Origin: a virus
Strand: one strand, 5' to 3'
Length of the DNA stretch: 64,000 bases
IMG/VR virus record: IMGVR_UViG_3300031857_016023
Span: 1 to 64,000 of that record
Made by a program: the position numbers and the translations under genes. Shown one piece after another: positions 44,606-54,302 of the stretch. Position 1 is the first letter of the stretch. Every line of letters starts with the position of its first letter. The notes under the pieces are model-generated. The model did no database searches, was not told the DNA's origin, and worked only from the letters and a program-made list of their open reading frames with translations.

Positions 44606-46112
44606 CTAATATTTTCCTTTTCAAACGAATCTTTGACATTTCCTCTACATTCTGCCTTGATTGTAGGCCAAATTTATTTTCTACTAATTCTAAAAATGGT
44701 TTGTGTGAGAAGTAAGTATGCCATGCATCATCACGAAACTTTAATACTTCGGCACCAGATAACGATTTAGTTCTCAATGGTTTACAATCATATGATAAGA
44801 AAGCAAACTCATCAAAAGTTTGTGGCAATTCCCAATTATTGTTTTTGGCTTCCATATACAATGGACTACCAGGTAATGCCATTGCTGCATAGAAGTTTGC
44901 GTGTTCACAGTTTAATTCTAAAGCTAAATCTAAAGTTTCTTGCATCGTTTCTTTGGTATCTTCTGGAAATCCAAACATATAATTACCAAGAACATTAATG
45001 TCAGCGTCTTTAATTTGTTTTACAACTTCACGGATGTTTACTTGTTTGAATCTACCTTTGTCAATTTCTAAACGCACTTGTTGATTACCTGATTCAATGC
45101 CAAGTGCCAACCAATTTACGCCAGCATCTTTAAACAATTTCAGTTGATCTTCACGAACAGAATCTACTCTTGCATAAGCCCAAAAGTTAAATTTCATTCC
45201 TCTAGCCACAATGCCTTGTAATATTGGCACATAATATTTTTTATTTAAAAAGAACATCTCGTCTGTAAGGCGAATAGTTCTAACTCCATTTTCATACAGG
45301 TACTCTAATTCTTTTAACATTAATTCTGCTGACCAGAATCTCATACCACGACTATCAGCTGATACGATACCTTCTTCGTATGAAGTTCTATTCACGATGT
45401 TAATCATACAGAAGTTACAACCAAATTGGCAACCTAATGATGTATAAATTGCCGCAAACGGTGTACGGCCTTCTTCTAAAAAATTAGTATGCCAATAGTG
45501 AGCTCTGTATTTGTCTAAAAGGTTCTTATCTTTAGGTAATAAGTCCCAAGCATAACCTGGCATTATAACATCCATGTCATCAGTCTTTACTATACAACCG
45601 CTTGTTGTAGGTCTTGGAAGTCCATGTTTTTTATACCACATACCACGAACATTATCTAAATCATTTTCTAAATCTGTTTCTAATAAATCTAAAAGACCAT
45701 ATACACCTTCATTGATAAAAGCAAAGTCAACATACTTGTATTGAATTACCTCATGTGGTAATGCAGATGTATGTGACCCAATAAATGCAGTTTTTAAATT
45801 TGGATGTGATAATTTGAGTTGAGTAGCCAGAGATTTGGCACCAATCATCATTGTGGTGCCTGAATTTGGATTTTGTCCGTAGAGAACAAATACTACCAGT
45901 TTTGGTTTTGTTGCTGCGATTTGTTCTGCCGCATCTTCATCAGTTGCAGGACAAGCATCAAAATCTAAAATGCATGGATCATGGCCTTTAACACGAACTG
46001 CGGATGCCAGCAATGCTGCCCATGTAGGCATTTCAATTGCTGAATATGTTTTTGCTAAATCTTGGTAGGCTTTTGCGGCACTACTTGGTACCACGAAACA
46101 CACATTTGCCAT
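44598..46112 (-). CDS. Cobalamin-binding radical SAM enzyme (class B methyltransferase-like)
   Basis: N-terminal B12-binding-like domain (GSHTS..EG), SLGCQFGCNFC, DEMF, GIESG, MFGFP. Confidence 0.88.
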   Translation of the reverse strand: MANVCFVVPSSAAKAYQDLAKTYSAIEMPTWAALLASAVRVKGHDPCILDFDACPATDEDAAEQIAATKPKLVVFVLYGQNPNSGTTMMIGAKSLATQLKLSHPNLKTAFIGSHTSALPHEVIQYKYVDFAFINEGVYGLLDLLETDLENDLDNVRGMWYKKHGLPRPTTSGCIVKTDDMDVIMPGYAWDLLPKDKNLLDKYRAHYWHTNFLEEGRTPFAAIYTSLGCQFGCNFCMINIVNRTSYEEGIVSADSRGMRFWSAELMLKELEYLYENGVRTIRLTDEMFFLNKKYYVPILQGIVARGMKFNFWAYARVDSVREDQLKLFKDAGVNWLALGIESGNQQVRLEIDKGRFKQVNIREVVKQIKDADINVLGNYMFGFPEDTKETMQETLDLALELNCEHANFYAAMALPGSPLYMEAKNNNWELPQTFDEFAFLSYDCKPLRTKSLSGAEVLKFRDDAWHTYFSHKPFLELVENKFGLQSRQNVEEMSKIRLKRKILGD

Positions 46113-46133
46113 AACAACCTCATTATAATAAAA

Positions 46134-46140
46134 TATTTAG
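46134..46140 (-). promoter_or_regulatory. Possible late promoter variant CTAAATA upstream of the sugar cluster
   Basis: The same variant sits upstream of gp19 and gp67. Confidence 0.4.
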
Positions 46141-46586
46141 TGTAACTTTTTATTCTTCTTTTCTTTGATTAATTCTAACAATTCATCAACATTAAAATCT
46201 TTTGTTTCAGTTGTTTCTTCTTCATCTTCACCATCTTCTTCATCACCATCTTCCGATTCTGAAATAAAATCAACTTCATCCATTCTTTTTTGAGCTTCCA
46301 TTACAACTTCACCATAATGTTGTATAGCAGATTCTTTTGGATCAACAATTGTAAGTATATCTGAGGTATAAAGTACCGCTTGATTATTTTCAATGATTTC
46401 AATTGGCAACCAAGGCATCATCATCATTACTGTTTGACCAGTAGTAGGTATTCTTTTAAAAATAACTTGCATTGGGTCATGTAGTATGGCAGTTTCTTTA
46501 TCTTCTGATTCAATAAAGTTAGCTATAATATCTTCACCGCCATGTAGGCGAATAATCTTGATGTTATTGTTGTTGGTTGTTTCCAT
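46137..46586 (-). CDS. Conserved T4-like hypothetical protein (Sm-like fold, acidic tail)
   Basis: IKIIRLHGGEDIIA..PMQV..MMPWL; follows uvsW. Confidence 0.65.
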   Translation of the reverse strand: METTNNNNIKIIRLHGGEDIIANFIESEDKETAILHDPMQVIFKRIPTTGQTVMMMMPWLPIEIIENNQAVLYTSDILTIVDPKESAIQHYGEVVMEAQKRMDEVDFISESEDGDEEDGEDEEETTETKDFNVDELLELIKEKKNKKLH

Positions 46587-48045
46587 CTTTTAGCTCTATG
46601 TTATAAAATTTGTATTTGAATTTTTCTTCATCATATATTTTTACTCTCTCTATAAAATGTTTTAAGGTATAATTTGTAAACTTACCAACACGAAAATCAT
46701 CAGCTATATCAAACAATGTTGCTTCTGTTTTGTTATCACCTTTTCTTAACCCACGACCTATTGATTGAAGATTACGAATCCTGGATTTGGAGGGTGAGGC
46801 AAATATAATATTATGAAGGTTACGGATGTTAACACCAGTACTAAAAGTACCGTATGAAGCAACAATAATAGCATCAGTTTCTTTTTCAGTAATTGAACGA
46901 ACTGATTCCCGTATTTCAACATCTGTGCCGCCAAATACAAAGAACACATGACGCTTACTTGTTGCAGTTTTGATAATATTGTGTAAATCTTTTCCATGTT
47001 TCTCCACAAATTGAAATAAAATTAATGTGTTGCCTTCTAAAGACAATGCCAAATTTTTAATAAATTCATTTCGAGCTTTATTCTGAACAATATAATCAAT
47101 CTCTGTATTGTAATCCCAATCACGAGCCATTTTACAGATAGGTTCAGGATATTTTAATACAAGGCACTTAATAAAGAATTCTGCTAGATGCCCTTTCTCA
47201 ATCAATTCTGAGGTGGTTGTGGCCTTATAAACTGGACCAAACAAACCTTCTAATACTAGGCGATGTGTTTGTGTACCATCTAGTGTACCTGTGGTGCCTA
47301 TTCTATATTTAGCGTTAGTACAACCAGACAGTATCGTAGTAAGTGATTTGGCCTTAAACTGGTGTGCTTCGTCACCCATCACATAATCAAACTGTTCAAA
47401 GTAATCTTTTTCATTCTTATAGATTGATTGCCATGTGGTGATAGTAAGAAACTTGTTTGTGTGTTTCTCTTTACCAGAGTATTGACGATGGCAGTATTGG
47501 TCTGAATCATAACCATAAGAAGCAAAGTCACTATACATTTGTTCTACTAATGATGTAGTAGGAACAATTAACAACCCTCTTTTAAAATCTGCTTCTTGTA
47601 ACCAACGAACAATCAAATAAATGATAAGAGATTTACCTGATGCAGTTGGTGATAGAATGAGTTGGCGTTTATTGCGTACAGCCTGTAGAAAACATTTCCA
47701 TTGATACTCACGCAATTCATGTGGCAGTTTTAGTGTTTGTATAAACTCTAATGCCTCAACACCTGAGAATTCTTGTGTAAGCTTGATAGCATCGGCTATC
47801 TCTAAACTATAATCTCTTTCGGCACAAAATTTTTCTATGTATGGGATTAGACCATGATATATGGTAAATGTGCGTAAGTCCGCCAGGCGAATCTTTCCAT
47901 CCCATACACGGCTCTTATATGCAGGTGTAAATTGGTAATTTGGTACAAAGAATGTGAAGTAGTCTGACAGTTCTTGTGCTATACTTCTTTCACATTCAAA
48001 CTGTATAAACGCTTCATTCTTTTTGGTTAATAATAAATCAGACAC
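46564..48045 (-). CDS. uvsW: SF2 DNA helicase UvsW
   Basis: SPTASGKS, VPTTSLVEQM, DEAH, TTGT, FSTGVNI, QSIGRGLR; likely GTG start at 48045. Confidence 0.95.
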   Translation of the reverse strand: MSDLLLTKKNEAFIQFECERSIAQELSDYFTFFVPNYQFTPAYKSRVWDGKIRLADLRTFTIYHGLIPYIEKFCAERDYSLEIADAIKLTQEFSGVEALEFIQTLKLPHELREYQWKCFLQAVRNKRQLILSPTASGKSLIIYLIVRWLQEADFKRGLLIVPTTSLVEQMYSDFASYGYDSDQYCHRQYSGKEKHTNKFLTITTWQSIYKNEKDYFEQFDYVMGDEAHQFKAKSLTTILSGCTNAKYRIGTTGTLDGTQTHRLVLEGLFGPVYKATTTSELIEKGHLAEFFIKCLVLKYPEPICKMARDWDYNTEIDYIVQNKARNEFIKNLALSLEGNTLILFQFVEKHGKDLHNIIKTATSKRHVFFVFGGTDVEIRESVRSITEKETDAIIVASYGTFSTGVNIRNLHNIIFASPSKSRIRNLQSIGRGLRKGDNKTEATLFDIADDFRVGKFTNYTLKHFIERVKIYDEEKFKYKFYNIELKDGNNQQQ

Positions 48046-48472
48046 CTTGTATAAATTTTTCCCAATCAATAAATGATCTAAGTTGATATGTTCTACTATT
48101 TAGCTCTTTTAAAATAGACTGGCATATCTCAACAACTTCTTCGTGTATGGCCTTCTTCGCCATATACTTGTTTAAATCTTCATCACTCTCCAGATATGTA
48201 GACAGATCGGATTTGATAACAAATGGAAATGGTTCCCATCCATGTTTCTCTAATGCCTCATCATCTAACTTACCTGTGTAATACTCCCACTTAATTTTTT
48301 TCCATTTATTATAATTGAATTCTGCTTGCTTGGCAAGCATACGATGTTGAGATAATACGTTTAGGTATTTACTATGAAGTTTGGGTATATCTAACAATGC
48401 CTTACCTGGTTCGGTACGGTCAATATTGGAATCTTTCCGCCATTCTTCTAACACTTCATCCAGATTTTTCAT
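48038..48472 (-). CDS. uvsY: Recombination mediator UvsY
   Basis: W.KDS.ID..IPKLHSKY..WEYYTGK..IDWEKF; start MKNLDE after AGGAGG. Confidence 0.9.
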   Translation of the reverse strand: MKNLDEVLEEWRKDSNIDRTEPGKALLDIPKLHSKYLNVLSQHRMLAKQAEFNYNKWKKIKWEYYTGKLDDEALEKHGWEPFPFVIKSDLSTYLESDEDLNKYMAKKAIHEEVVEICQSILKELNSRTYQLRSFIDWEKFIQGV

Positions 48473-48495
48473 GCCAATAAACCTCCTGTTATAGG

Positions 48496-48524
48496 AGTAT
48501 AACAAAAAACGGTTAGAATGTCAA
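48496..48524 (-). promoter_or_regulatory. Sigma70-type promoter for uvsY-uvsW
   Basis: TTGACA-17 nt-TATACT. Confidence 0.8.
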
Positions 48525-48530
48525 GCTGTT

Positions 48531-49079
48531 TTAGAACAATTTTTCAACATCATAATAACTATACCGAAATGTGGCATCGGCAGTTAATATGGTATCAGGC
48601 CCATCTTGAGCATTCATTATGAAAGTTGAAAGTGTTGTTGGGAATACTTCGTAAAATTTAAAACGGTAGTATTCTTTATTTGAGGAAGAAAACAATGTTA
48701 AAGAGGCATCACTAAATTGTGGAAACTTATTACTAATATCATTCTTTGCTGATTGATATTTATTTAATTTGGATAAATTTCTATACTCTTTAAACTCCAC
48801 AGGGAAAGTCATCGCACGAATCCAATCGTGTATTTCTAACCAACCTTTTAGTTCTTCATCAATGATGAATGTGACATTTAATAAATCATAAATGGCCTTT
48901 TCGCCTGGAGAATATATGTCAACGAATGGGTTTGTAATTACAGCTTCAGATAAAGACAGACCTGGCACGGTAACATTTTGGCAAAAGTATTGCATATTTG
49001 GTACACGACCAAATGTCAATAAAAACTTATTAGGTTGTAATGGATTAGGATTACTTGGGTTGCGTGTGAGTGCGGTCAT
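48531..49079 (-). CDS. gp3: Tail tube terminator / tail completion protein gp3
   Basis: NPLQPNKF..YFCQ.V.VPG..FIIDEEL..WLEIHDW..FPTTLS; synteny after gp23. Confidence 0.85.
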   Translation of the reverse strand: MTALTRNPSNPNPLQPNKFLLTFGRVPNMQYFCQNVTVPGLSLSEAVITNPFVDIYSPGEKAIYDLLNVTFIIDEELKGWLEIHDWIRAMTFPVEFKEYRNLSKLNKYQSAKNDISNKFPQFSDASLTLFSSSNKEYYRFKFYEVFPTTLSTFIMNAQDGPDTILTADATFRYSYYDVEKLF

Positions 49080-49282
49080 AAAGTTTTCTTAATATGCAGA
49101 CCAATATCAATGACATGTTCTTTTTCAATCATGTTAATAATACGATTTGTTAGTGTTATTTCCTGTTGAATAAAAGTCATCTTTAATTGGAGTTCTTTTA
49201 ATTGTTGATTATAGAAATCCAATTCTTTTAGTTTTCTGGCTCTTATATCGAGCAAGTCAGACATTACTATAATATCGGTCAT
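49076..49282 (-). CDS. Small coiled-coil hypothetical protein
   Basis: ATGA overlap with gp3; late promoter-like CATAAATA at 49288-49295. Confidence 0.65.
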   Translation of the reverse strand: MTDIIVMSDLLDIRARKLKELDFYNQQLKELQLKMTFIQQEITLTNRIINMIEKEHVIDIGLHIKKTL

Positions 49283-49298
49283 AAGGTTATTTATGTAT

Positions 49299-49330
49299 AA
49301 AAAAAGACCCGCTTTTTAGGGCGGGTCTTT
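49299..49330 (-). terminator. Intrinsic terminator after the major capsid gene
   Basis: AAAGACCCGC...GCGGGTCTTT followed by TTTT. Confidence 0.85.
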
Positions 49331-49381
49331 AAGTTTTAGCGGGTATCTTATAGTTATTCTTATTATGATACCCTAGTTAGA

Positions 49382-50719
49382 TTACATTAGGTTAGCAATC
49401 TGGAATGCACGATAGTAGAAGTTGGACTGTGCTGTCAAAGCGCCTGAACCAACATTTGTACCTTCTGCAAACGGATTAGCAACTAGACCGTAACGAGTCT
49501 TGAAGCCAATTTTTGGTTGGAAAGTACCTGTATCTACTGCACGAACCATTTGCAGCGGAACATATGGGCAGTAGAAAATACCTGCGTCATATGCATTAGA
49601 TCCTTTGTAGCCGAGAACAGCAAACTCGGAAGTCGAGGACGTTGGAGCATACGGATCGATATACACTTTGATACGACCAAACAGCGTACCAGCAAATGTA
49701 TTGCCAGTATCATCAACTGTCAGGTTAACTTGACCTTGCAGAGCAGATTGATAGTCGAGGATGCCAGCCATTGCAAGAGCAGAAGCAACATCAGACGAGC
49801 AAATCATAACATTACCTTTACCTCTACGAGTCGTTTTAGCAATTGTATTAGCTTCACGCTCGAGTTGGAAAGCAAGACCTTTAACTTTTTCAACCATCCA
49901 ACGACCGTTTGAATCGGTGTCGAGGTCAAATTTACCAGCAGTAGTAGTACCTACTTGGCAACCAATCTTAGCTACACCGTAGATTGTACGGATAACTTCA
50001 CGATTGATTTCAGCAAGAATTTCTGTAGACAGAATGTTTGCGAGCTCGGTTTCTGCATCGAGACCATGAACTGCTTTCAGGTCTTGTGCAAGTTCCATCG
50101 AGTATTCTGCTTTGAGAGCACGGGTCTTTGCAGTAACCGTAACTTTCTCAATTGAGAATGCCATTTCTTGGAATGTGTTAGCAGCTTGGCCATCACCAAG
50201 AGCCTCACCACGAGCTGTTGTCATAGCAGCAACAGCAGCAGCGTTAGAAGTAAATACTTCAGTTGGCAAAGTGCCAGTAGAGATAGCTGTTTGTGCGGTA
50301 CCAAGACCAGCAAAACCGGTATTAGCTTCGTTGTAGAAAGCCTCTGTGCCGCCTTGCGTTGCATAACGGGAACGCATAGCGAAGATCAGTCCTGTAGGAC
50401 CAGTCATCGGCTGAACTCCTGCAACATCATAAGCAATCAGGTTTGGCAGCGAACGGCGAACCAACGAGATAAGGATTGGGTCGAAACCAGCAACTGGAGT
50501 TGTAGCAGAACCAGAGAAACCGGTCTGTGTACCACCAGCAGATGCTGAGTTAGTTGGCGTGGCTTCCATAAGGATGCCAGAAGCCTTTTGCATTTCTTGA
50601 GCTTGATTCTCAAGAATAACAGCCGTAACGGCTTTACGATATGGATCTTTAATAGACGGCAGATCTGCGTGATCTAGAACGCCTTCCCATTTCTTTTGTA
50701 GATTTTCGGACAAATACAT
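49382..50719 (-). CDS. gp23: Major capsid protein gp23
   Basis: LENQ, DPILISLVRR, GVQPMTGPTGLIFAMR, RALKAEYS.ELAQDLKAVHGLDAE, YCPYVPL, QPKIGFKTRYG. Confidence 0.98.
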   Translation of the reverse strand: MYLSENLQKKWEGVLDHADLPSIKDPYRKAVTAVILENQAQEMQKASGILMEATPTNSASAGGTQTGFSGSATTPVAGFDPILISLVRRSLPNLIAYDVAGVQPMTGPTGLIFAMRSRYATQGGTEAFYNEANTGFAGLGTAQTAISTGTLPTEVFTSNAAAVAAMTTARGEALGDGQAANTFQEMAFSIEKVTVTAKTRALKAEYSMELAQDLKAVHGLDAETELANILSTEILAEINREVIRTIYGVAKIGCQVGTTTAGKFDLDTDSNGRWMVEKVKGLAFQLEREANTIAKTTRRGKGNVMICSSDVASALAMAGILDYQSALQGQVNLTVDDTGNTFAGTLFGRIKVYIDPYAPTSSTSEFAVLGYKGSNAYDAGIFYCPYVPLQMVRAVDTGTFQPKIGFKTRYGLVANPFAEGTNVGSGALTAQSNFYYRAFQIANLM

Positions 50720-50743
50720 TTAAATCTCCTTAATTGTTATTAC

Positions 50744-51799
50744 TTAAATTTTTGTTTTAGAAATTGCTTGGGATACTGCTGCAACGAATGGGTCAGCAAT
50801 GACTTTCTTCTCGCCTTCAGCATCTTCTACTTTTTCGTGCAGTTGCTCTTCATCTGCTTTTTTAACGCCAGATGGGAAATAGTTCTCACGAATTGTTTCA
50901 AGCTTCTCTTTGTATTCTTCCTCTGTGGAGAATTCAACACTCTCTGCGAGCTGTTTTACTTTTTCAGCTTGTGTGGTTGTGAGGCCTTCAGTAACTTCAC
51001 GGGTAATTTCATTCTTGCGGGACTCTACGAGAGCCTTGGCAAAACCAATGCCACGCTCAATTTCTTCGTTGAGTTTGCTTTCGAGTTCATCAACTTTACC
51101 AGCAAGCTCATCAACGAGGTCAACCTTCTCAGCAGGAACATCGATATAATGCTCAGCAAAGAGGTTACGCAGACCAGCAATGAATTCTTCGGTGAGTTCA
51201 GAACGGAGTCCCGACTCAATTGCAATTTCGTTATCTGCCAACCATTGCTCAACAACATAGTTGAGGTAGTCATCTACTTTGGTTGTCAGATCAGATTTGA
51301 TTTGATCGACTGCTTCGGAAAGCATATCAGCATATTTTGCTTCAGTTTCTTCCTGAATTTGAGCAACACGATCAGCAACCCGTGCTTCAAAAATGGTAGA
51401 AACTTTTGATTTGAATTCTTCAGAAATGGTAGAATCATCTGCAAAGAGGGCATCAACATCCTCTTTCATTTTCTTCTTCTTCATTTCTTCTTTATCATCT
51501 TCGTCTTCCATTTCATGGGACTTTTCAGCGATGATTTCTTCTTCGGTTTCAGCTTGTTCTTTTTTCATCTTAAGCTGAGTATCTGGAGAAGCATTAGAAG
51601 CTTTGGTTGTTGGTGCCGTAGCACTCTTAGACGATGGTGTAATCTTTGCAGAATCATCATCGGGTTTTGAATTTTGTGGTGTTGGGCCGCCAGCATCGTG
51701 AATCTCTGCTGCTAGTTTTTCAGCAGGCATAGCTGTAGCTTTGCTTTTTGATCCTGACAGGATCTCTGCTGCGGCTTCCATGAGTTTTGATGTTGCCAT
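50744..51799 (-). CDS. gp22: Prohead scaffold (core) protein gp22
   Basis: FKSKVSTIFEA, KVDDYLNYVVEQW, LFAEHYI, IRENYF; between gp21 and gp23. Confidence 0.92.
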   Translation of the reverse strand: MATSKLMEAAAEILSGSKSKATAMPAEKLAAEIHDAGGPTPQNSKPDDDSAKITPSSKSATAPTTKASNASPDTQLKMKKEQAETEEEIIAEKSHEMEDEDDKEEMKKKKMKEDVDALFADDSTISEEFKSKVSTIFEARVADRVAQIQEETEAKYADMLSEAVDQIKSDLTTKVDDYLNYVVEQWLADNEIAIESGLRSELTEEFIAGLRNLFAEHYIDVPAEKVDLVDELAGKVDELESKLNEEIERGIGFAKALVESRKNEITREVTEGLTTTQAEKVKQLAESVEFSTEEEYKEKLETIRENYFPSGVKKADEEQLHEKVEDAEGEKKVIADPFVAAVSQAISKTKI

Positions 51800-51821
51800 T
51801 AGGAATCTCCTTATGATTTCT

Positions 51822-51829
51822 TATTTATA
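51822..51829 (-). promoter_or_regulatory. T4-type late promoter TATAAATA
   Basis: Exact consensus upstream of gp22. Confidence 0.8.
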
Positions 51830-51832
51830 AAA

Positions 51833-52483
51833 TTAAAGTTTTCTGAGGTAATTTTCGAATAATTTAAGAGCGGTTTCCTCTATTTTTGCCTTAGAAACCC
51901 TCTGAATTGTTTTCTTTGTACGGTCAAAATCCGCCTCTACAAATTTGCCGTCAATCATCATCCATTCTTTGTTTTCCATAATGCCTTGAACAAATGCACC
52001 AGGTGCAGATGGATCGGCAACAATGTCAGCTGCCGTGGCCAGTCGCAGATCGTCTTGTACCAAATTATAACCCTCTTTGGTCTGTTGTAGAGAACCAAGA
52101 GCTCTGGAAGATACACCAACTTGAATGTCATTGTTGATAAAGTTCTCAACGATTTGACCGTATGGTGTGCCAAGAATAAGTGCTTTGCCATAGAAAGTGT
52201 TGCCATCTTCTTTTAGAGATACAATCTTATGTGATACACGCTCAAGGTTAATTGATGGTGTATCTGGATGACCTAGTTCACCAAGCGCACGATTGGTGTC
52301 AATGAATTCTTCTGTATAACGAGTAACTTCATTACGAAGTGTGTCCATTTTATACATGCGATTGTTCTTGTTAACTGCATCGCCAACAAGAAATGTTCCT
52401 TCAATGTAAAGTTTTTTCTTACCATCTTCTGTTTTTTCAACAAGGTATTTTACATTTTCTATGGATTCTCTAATAAGTTTCAT
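51833..52483 (-). CDS. gp21: Prohead protease gp21
   Basis: YIEG.F, N.NNRMY, ALGELGHP, GVSSR, ADIVADPSAPGAFV. Confidence 0.95.
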   Translation of the reverse strand: MKLIRESIENVKYLVEKTEDGKKKLYIEGTFLVGDAVNKNNRMYKMDTLRNEVTRYTEEFIDTNRALGELGHPDTPSINLERVSHKIVSLKEDGNTFYGKALILGTPYGQIVENFINNDIQVGVSSRALGSLQQTKEGYNLVQDDLRLATAADIVADPSAPGAFVQGIMENKEWMMIDGKFVEADFDRTKKTIQRVSKAKIEETALKLFENYLRKL

Positions 52484-52842
52484 ATTGTTTGTCCTGTATA
52501 TGGGTCAACATTATATGTGGCTTCTTTTGAAACTTCCAAGAAAATAGTTCCGCCTGTACCAATTGTAACAACTATATTTCCAGTATTGTTGCTAGTAATA
52601 GCACCACCAAATTCATCAAATCTCATTTCACCAGATTGATGTAAACTTAATGCTGTTACACCGCCTCTAGCTACTGAGATACTGCCACTTGTTGACCAAG
52701 TTACTCTTTTGATCGCTGCATTTGTTACCAATTCTGTAGTAGCATTTGATCTTAAATCGTTAAGTGTAATTGTATAGGTGCCAGCATCAACAGCTCGAAT
52801 GATTGATGGCCCTCTTGTAGAATTATTAATATATGCTGGCAT
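52480..52842 (-). CDS. Hypothetical structural protein in the head module
   Basis: Coupled to gp21; beta-rich composition. Confidence 0.6.
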   Translation of the reverse strand: MPAYINNSTRGPSIIRAVDAGTYTITLNDLRSNATTELVTNAAIKRVTWSTSGSISVARGGVTALSLHQSGEMRFDEFGGAITSNNTGNIVVTIGTGGTIFLEVSKEATYNVDPYTGQTI

Positions 52843-52843
52843 T

Positions 52844-53281
52844 TTATCTTAGTCCCATTGATGTTCGCCTACGCATTGACATTTTTCTTTTCAATAAGCT
52901 TCGGCGAAGTTTAGCTCTTCTAGTTGTTTTCCATGATCGCTTTAATAAGCGAGCCTTCCTTAATCTTGCAGCTGCAGGTATACGGCGAACAGTATTACCT
53001 ACAATCCTATAACCTTTAATGCCTGACCGTCTTTTATTTTTCTGAACAACTATACGGCCTTTTGCATTACGCCGAATACGCCGGCGAATTTTTTGTATTC
53101 TACCTTGACGAATGATATTAGGATTTCTCCTAACTGCTTCATCGAGTTCTTCAAAAACATCTGCTTGCACATAACGCTTTGCTTCTTGCAACCGTTTACC
53201 GGCAATTTCATTTAAGCGAGAACGCAATTGTTCTCTTGCCTCATCTAATTTACCAGATACAATTAAATCTATAAAATTCAT
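52844..53281 (-). CDS. Prohead core protein (gp68-like position), extremely Arg/Lys-rich C-terminal part
   Basis: Synteny; FEELDE/A followed by a protamine-like segment. Confidence 0.6.
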   Translation of the reverse strand: MNFIDLIVSGKLDEAREQLRSRLNEIAGKRLQEAKRYVQADVFEELDEAVRRNPNIIRQGRIQKIRRRIRRNAKGRIVVQKNKRRSGIKGYRIVGNTVRRIPAAARLRKARLLKRSWKTTRRAKLRRSLLKRKMSMRRRTSMGLR

Positions 53282-54090
53282 TTTGCTCTACTAAAAGCAA
53301 AGTCAGAAGCTTTTGCTAAGTGTGCAGGCGATTTATGAACCATATCCGCAAACTTCTTTTTGTTATCATCATTCAAAGCTTTATGTACTTGCGTAATAGC
53401 AGAAGCTGTAAAATGGTCTACCTTCTTTGATTGACCATTACCAAATTTAACTGTTTGTGCCTGTTTATCAGCAACAATTTTATGAAGCTGATCCATAACA
53501 GCTTCTTCTATTTGTGTTTCTTCTGCCTGTATAGCAGCACCAAGAGGGCCGCCATACGGTACAGAGAAATACTTATCTAATGTTTTACTGTAATACAACG
53601 CAACTTTTGTTTTATCAGGATACAATCTGATGGCTCTGCGTTTCAAAACCAAAACAAAAGGTGGGTCATTATCAAAATCTACTGGTGCTTCAACTAATTC
53701 AAAATCTTCTTTAATATCTTTTTCAACACCGTAAGCAAGATCACCTATTTTAATACGATGTGCTCTTACTTTACGGCCAGAAGGACCAACTTTAAAATCT
53801 GATGTGTCAACAACATCTTCTTCTAGTTCTTCTTTTACTGCCTGTCTTGTCTTTTGAAAAACTTGTTTATTATTGGCAATTAAATCTACCATACGATTAA
53901 ACAAATTTCTCACAATCTCTTTATCAGCATTATTGAACTGTGGCCGCTCTTCGGTCATCTTATCCAAAATGCGATGAATTCGTGCCAGTTGTGCCTTATT
54001 GGCAAGACCAGCACGAACAAGCATATCAAACTTTGTGTAGTCTGACTTTTCTTCTTCTACAAGATTACGAAATTCTTGTAAATCTTTCAT
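53278..54090 (-). CDS. Putative internal/core head protein
   Basis: MKDLQEFRNLVEE N-terminus; repeated [VLI]xE linkers; lies in the prohead core cluster. Confidence 0.6.
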   Translation of the reverse strand: MKDLQEFRNLVEEEKSDYTKFDMLVRAGLANKAQLARIHRILDKMTEERPQFNNADKEIVRNLFNRMVDLIANNKQVFQKTRQAVKEELEEDVVDTSDFKVGPSGRKVRAHRIKIGDLAYGVEKDIKEDFELVEAPVDFDNDPPFVLVLKRRAIRLYPDKTKVALYYSKTLDKYFSVPYGGPLGAAIQAEETQIEEAVMDQLHKIVADKQAQTVKFGNGQSKKVDHFTASAITQVHKALNDDNKKKFADMVHKSPAHLAKASDFAFSRAK

Positions 54091-54290
54091 TCTTCTGCGG
54101 CAGTTTCTTCTGTATCTTGTACTTCAGGCTCTGAGGTTTCTTCTTCGCCTGTAAATAGTGTTTGTGCCATTTCAATTTTTTTAGCATCAAGTGCTTCAAA
54201 AGCTTTAGCAGCTAAAAGATCATTTAGCAAATCTTTTGCACTCGCAGCATCACCTGCTGCAACTTGATTAATAAATGTTTGCGTATCCAT
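54087..54290 (-). CDS. gp67: Prohead core protein gp67-like
   Basis: Small acidic protein directly after the portal gene; FINQVAAGD..A..K..EAL..KKIEMA. Confidence 0.65.
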   Translation of the reverse strand: MDTQTFINQVAAGDAASAKDLLNDLLAAKAFEALDAKKIEMAQTLFTGEEETSEPEVQDTEETAAEE

Positions 54291-54302
54291 AGTATTCTCC
54301 GT

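Noticed and set aside
50768-51409. 213-aa plus-strand ORF, and the many other plus-strand ORFs in the track
   Set aside because: They are antisense shadows of well-supported minus-strand genes (here gp22), with Phe/Leu/Ser-rich composition, no SD and no recognisable motifs
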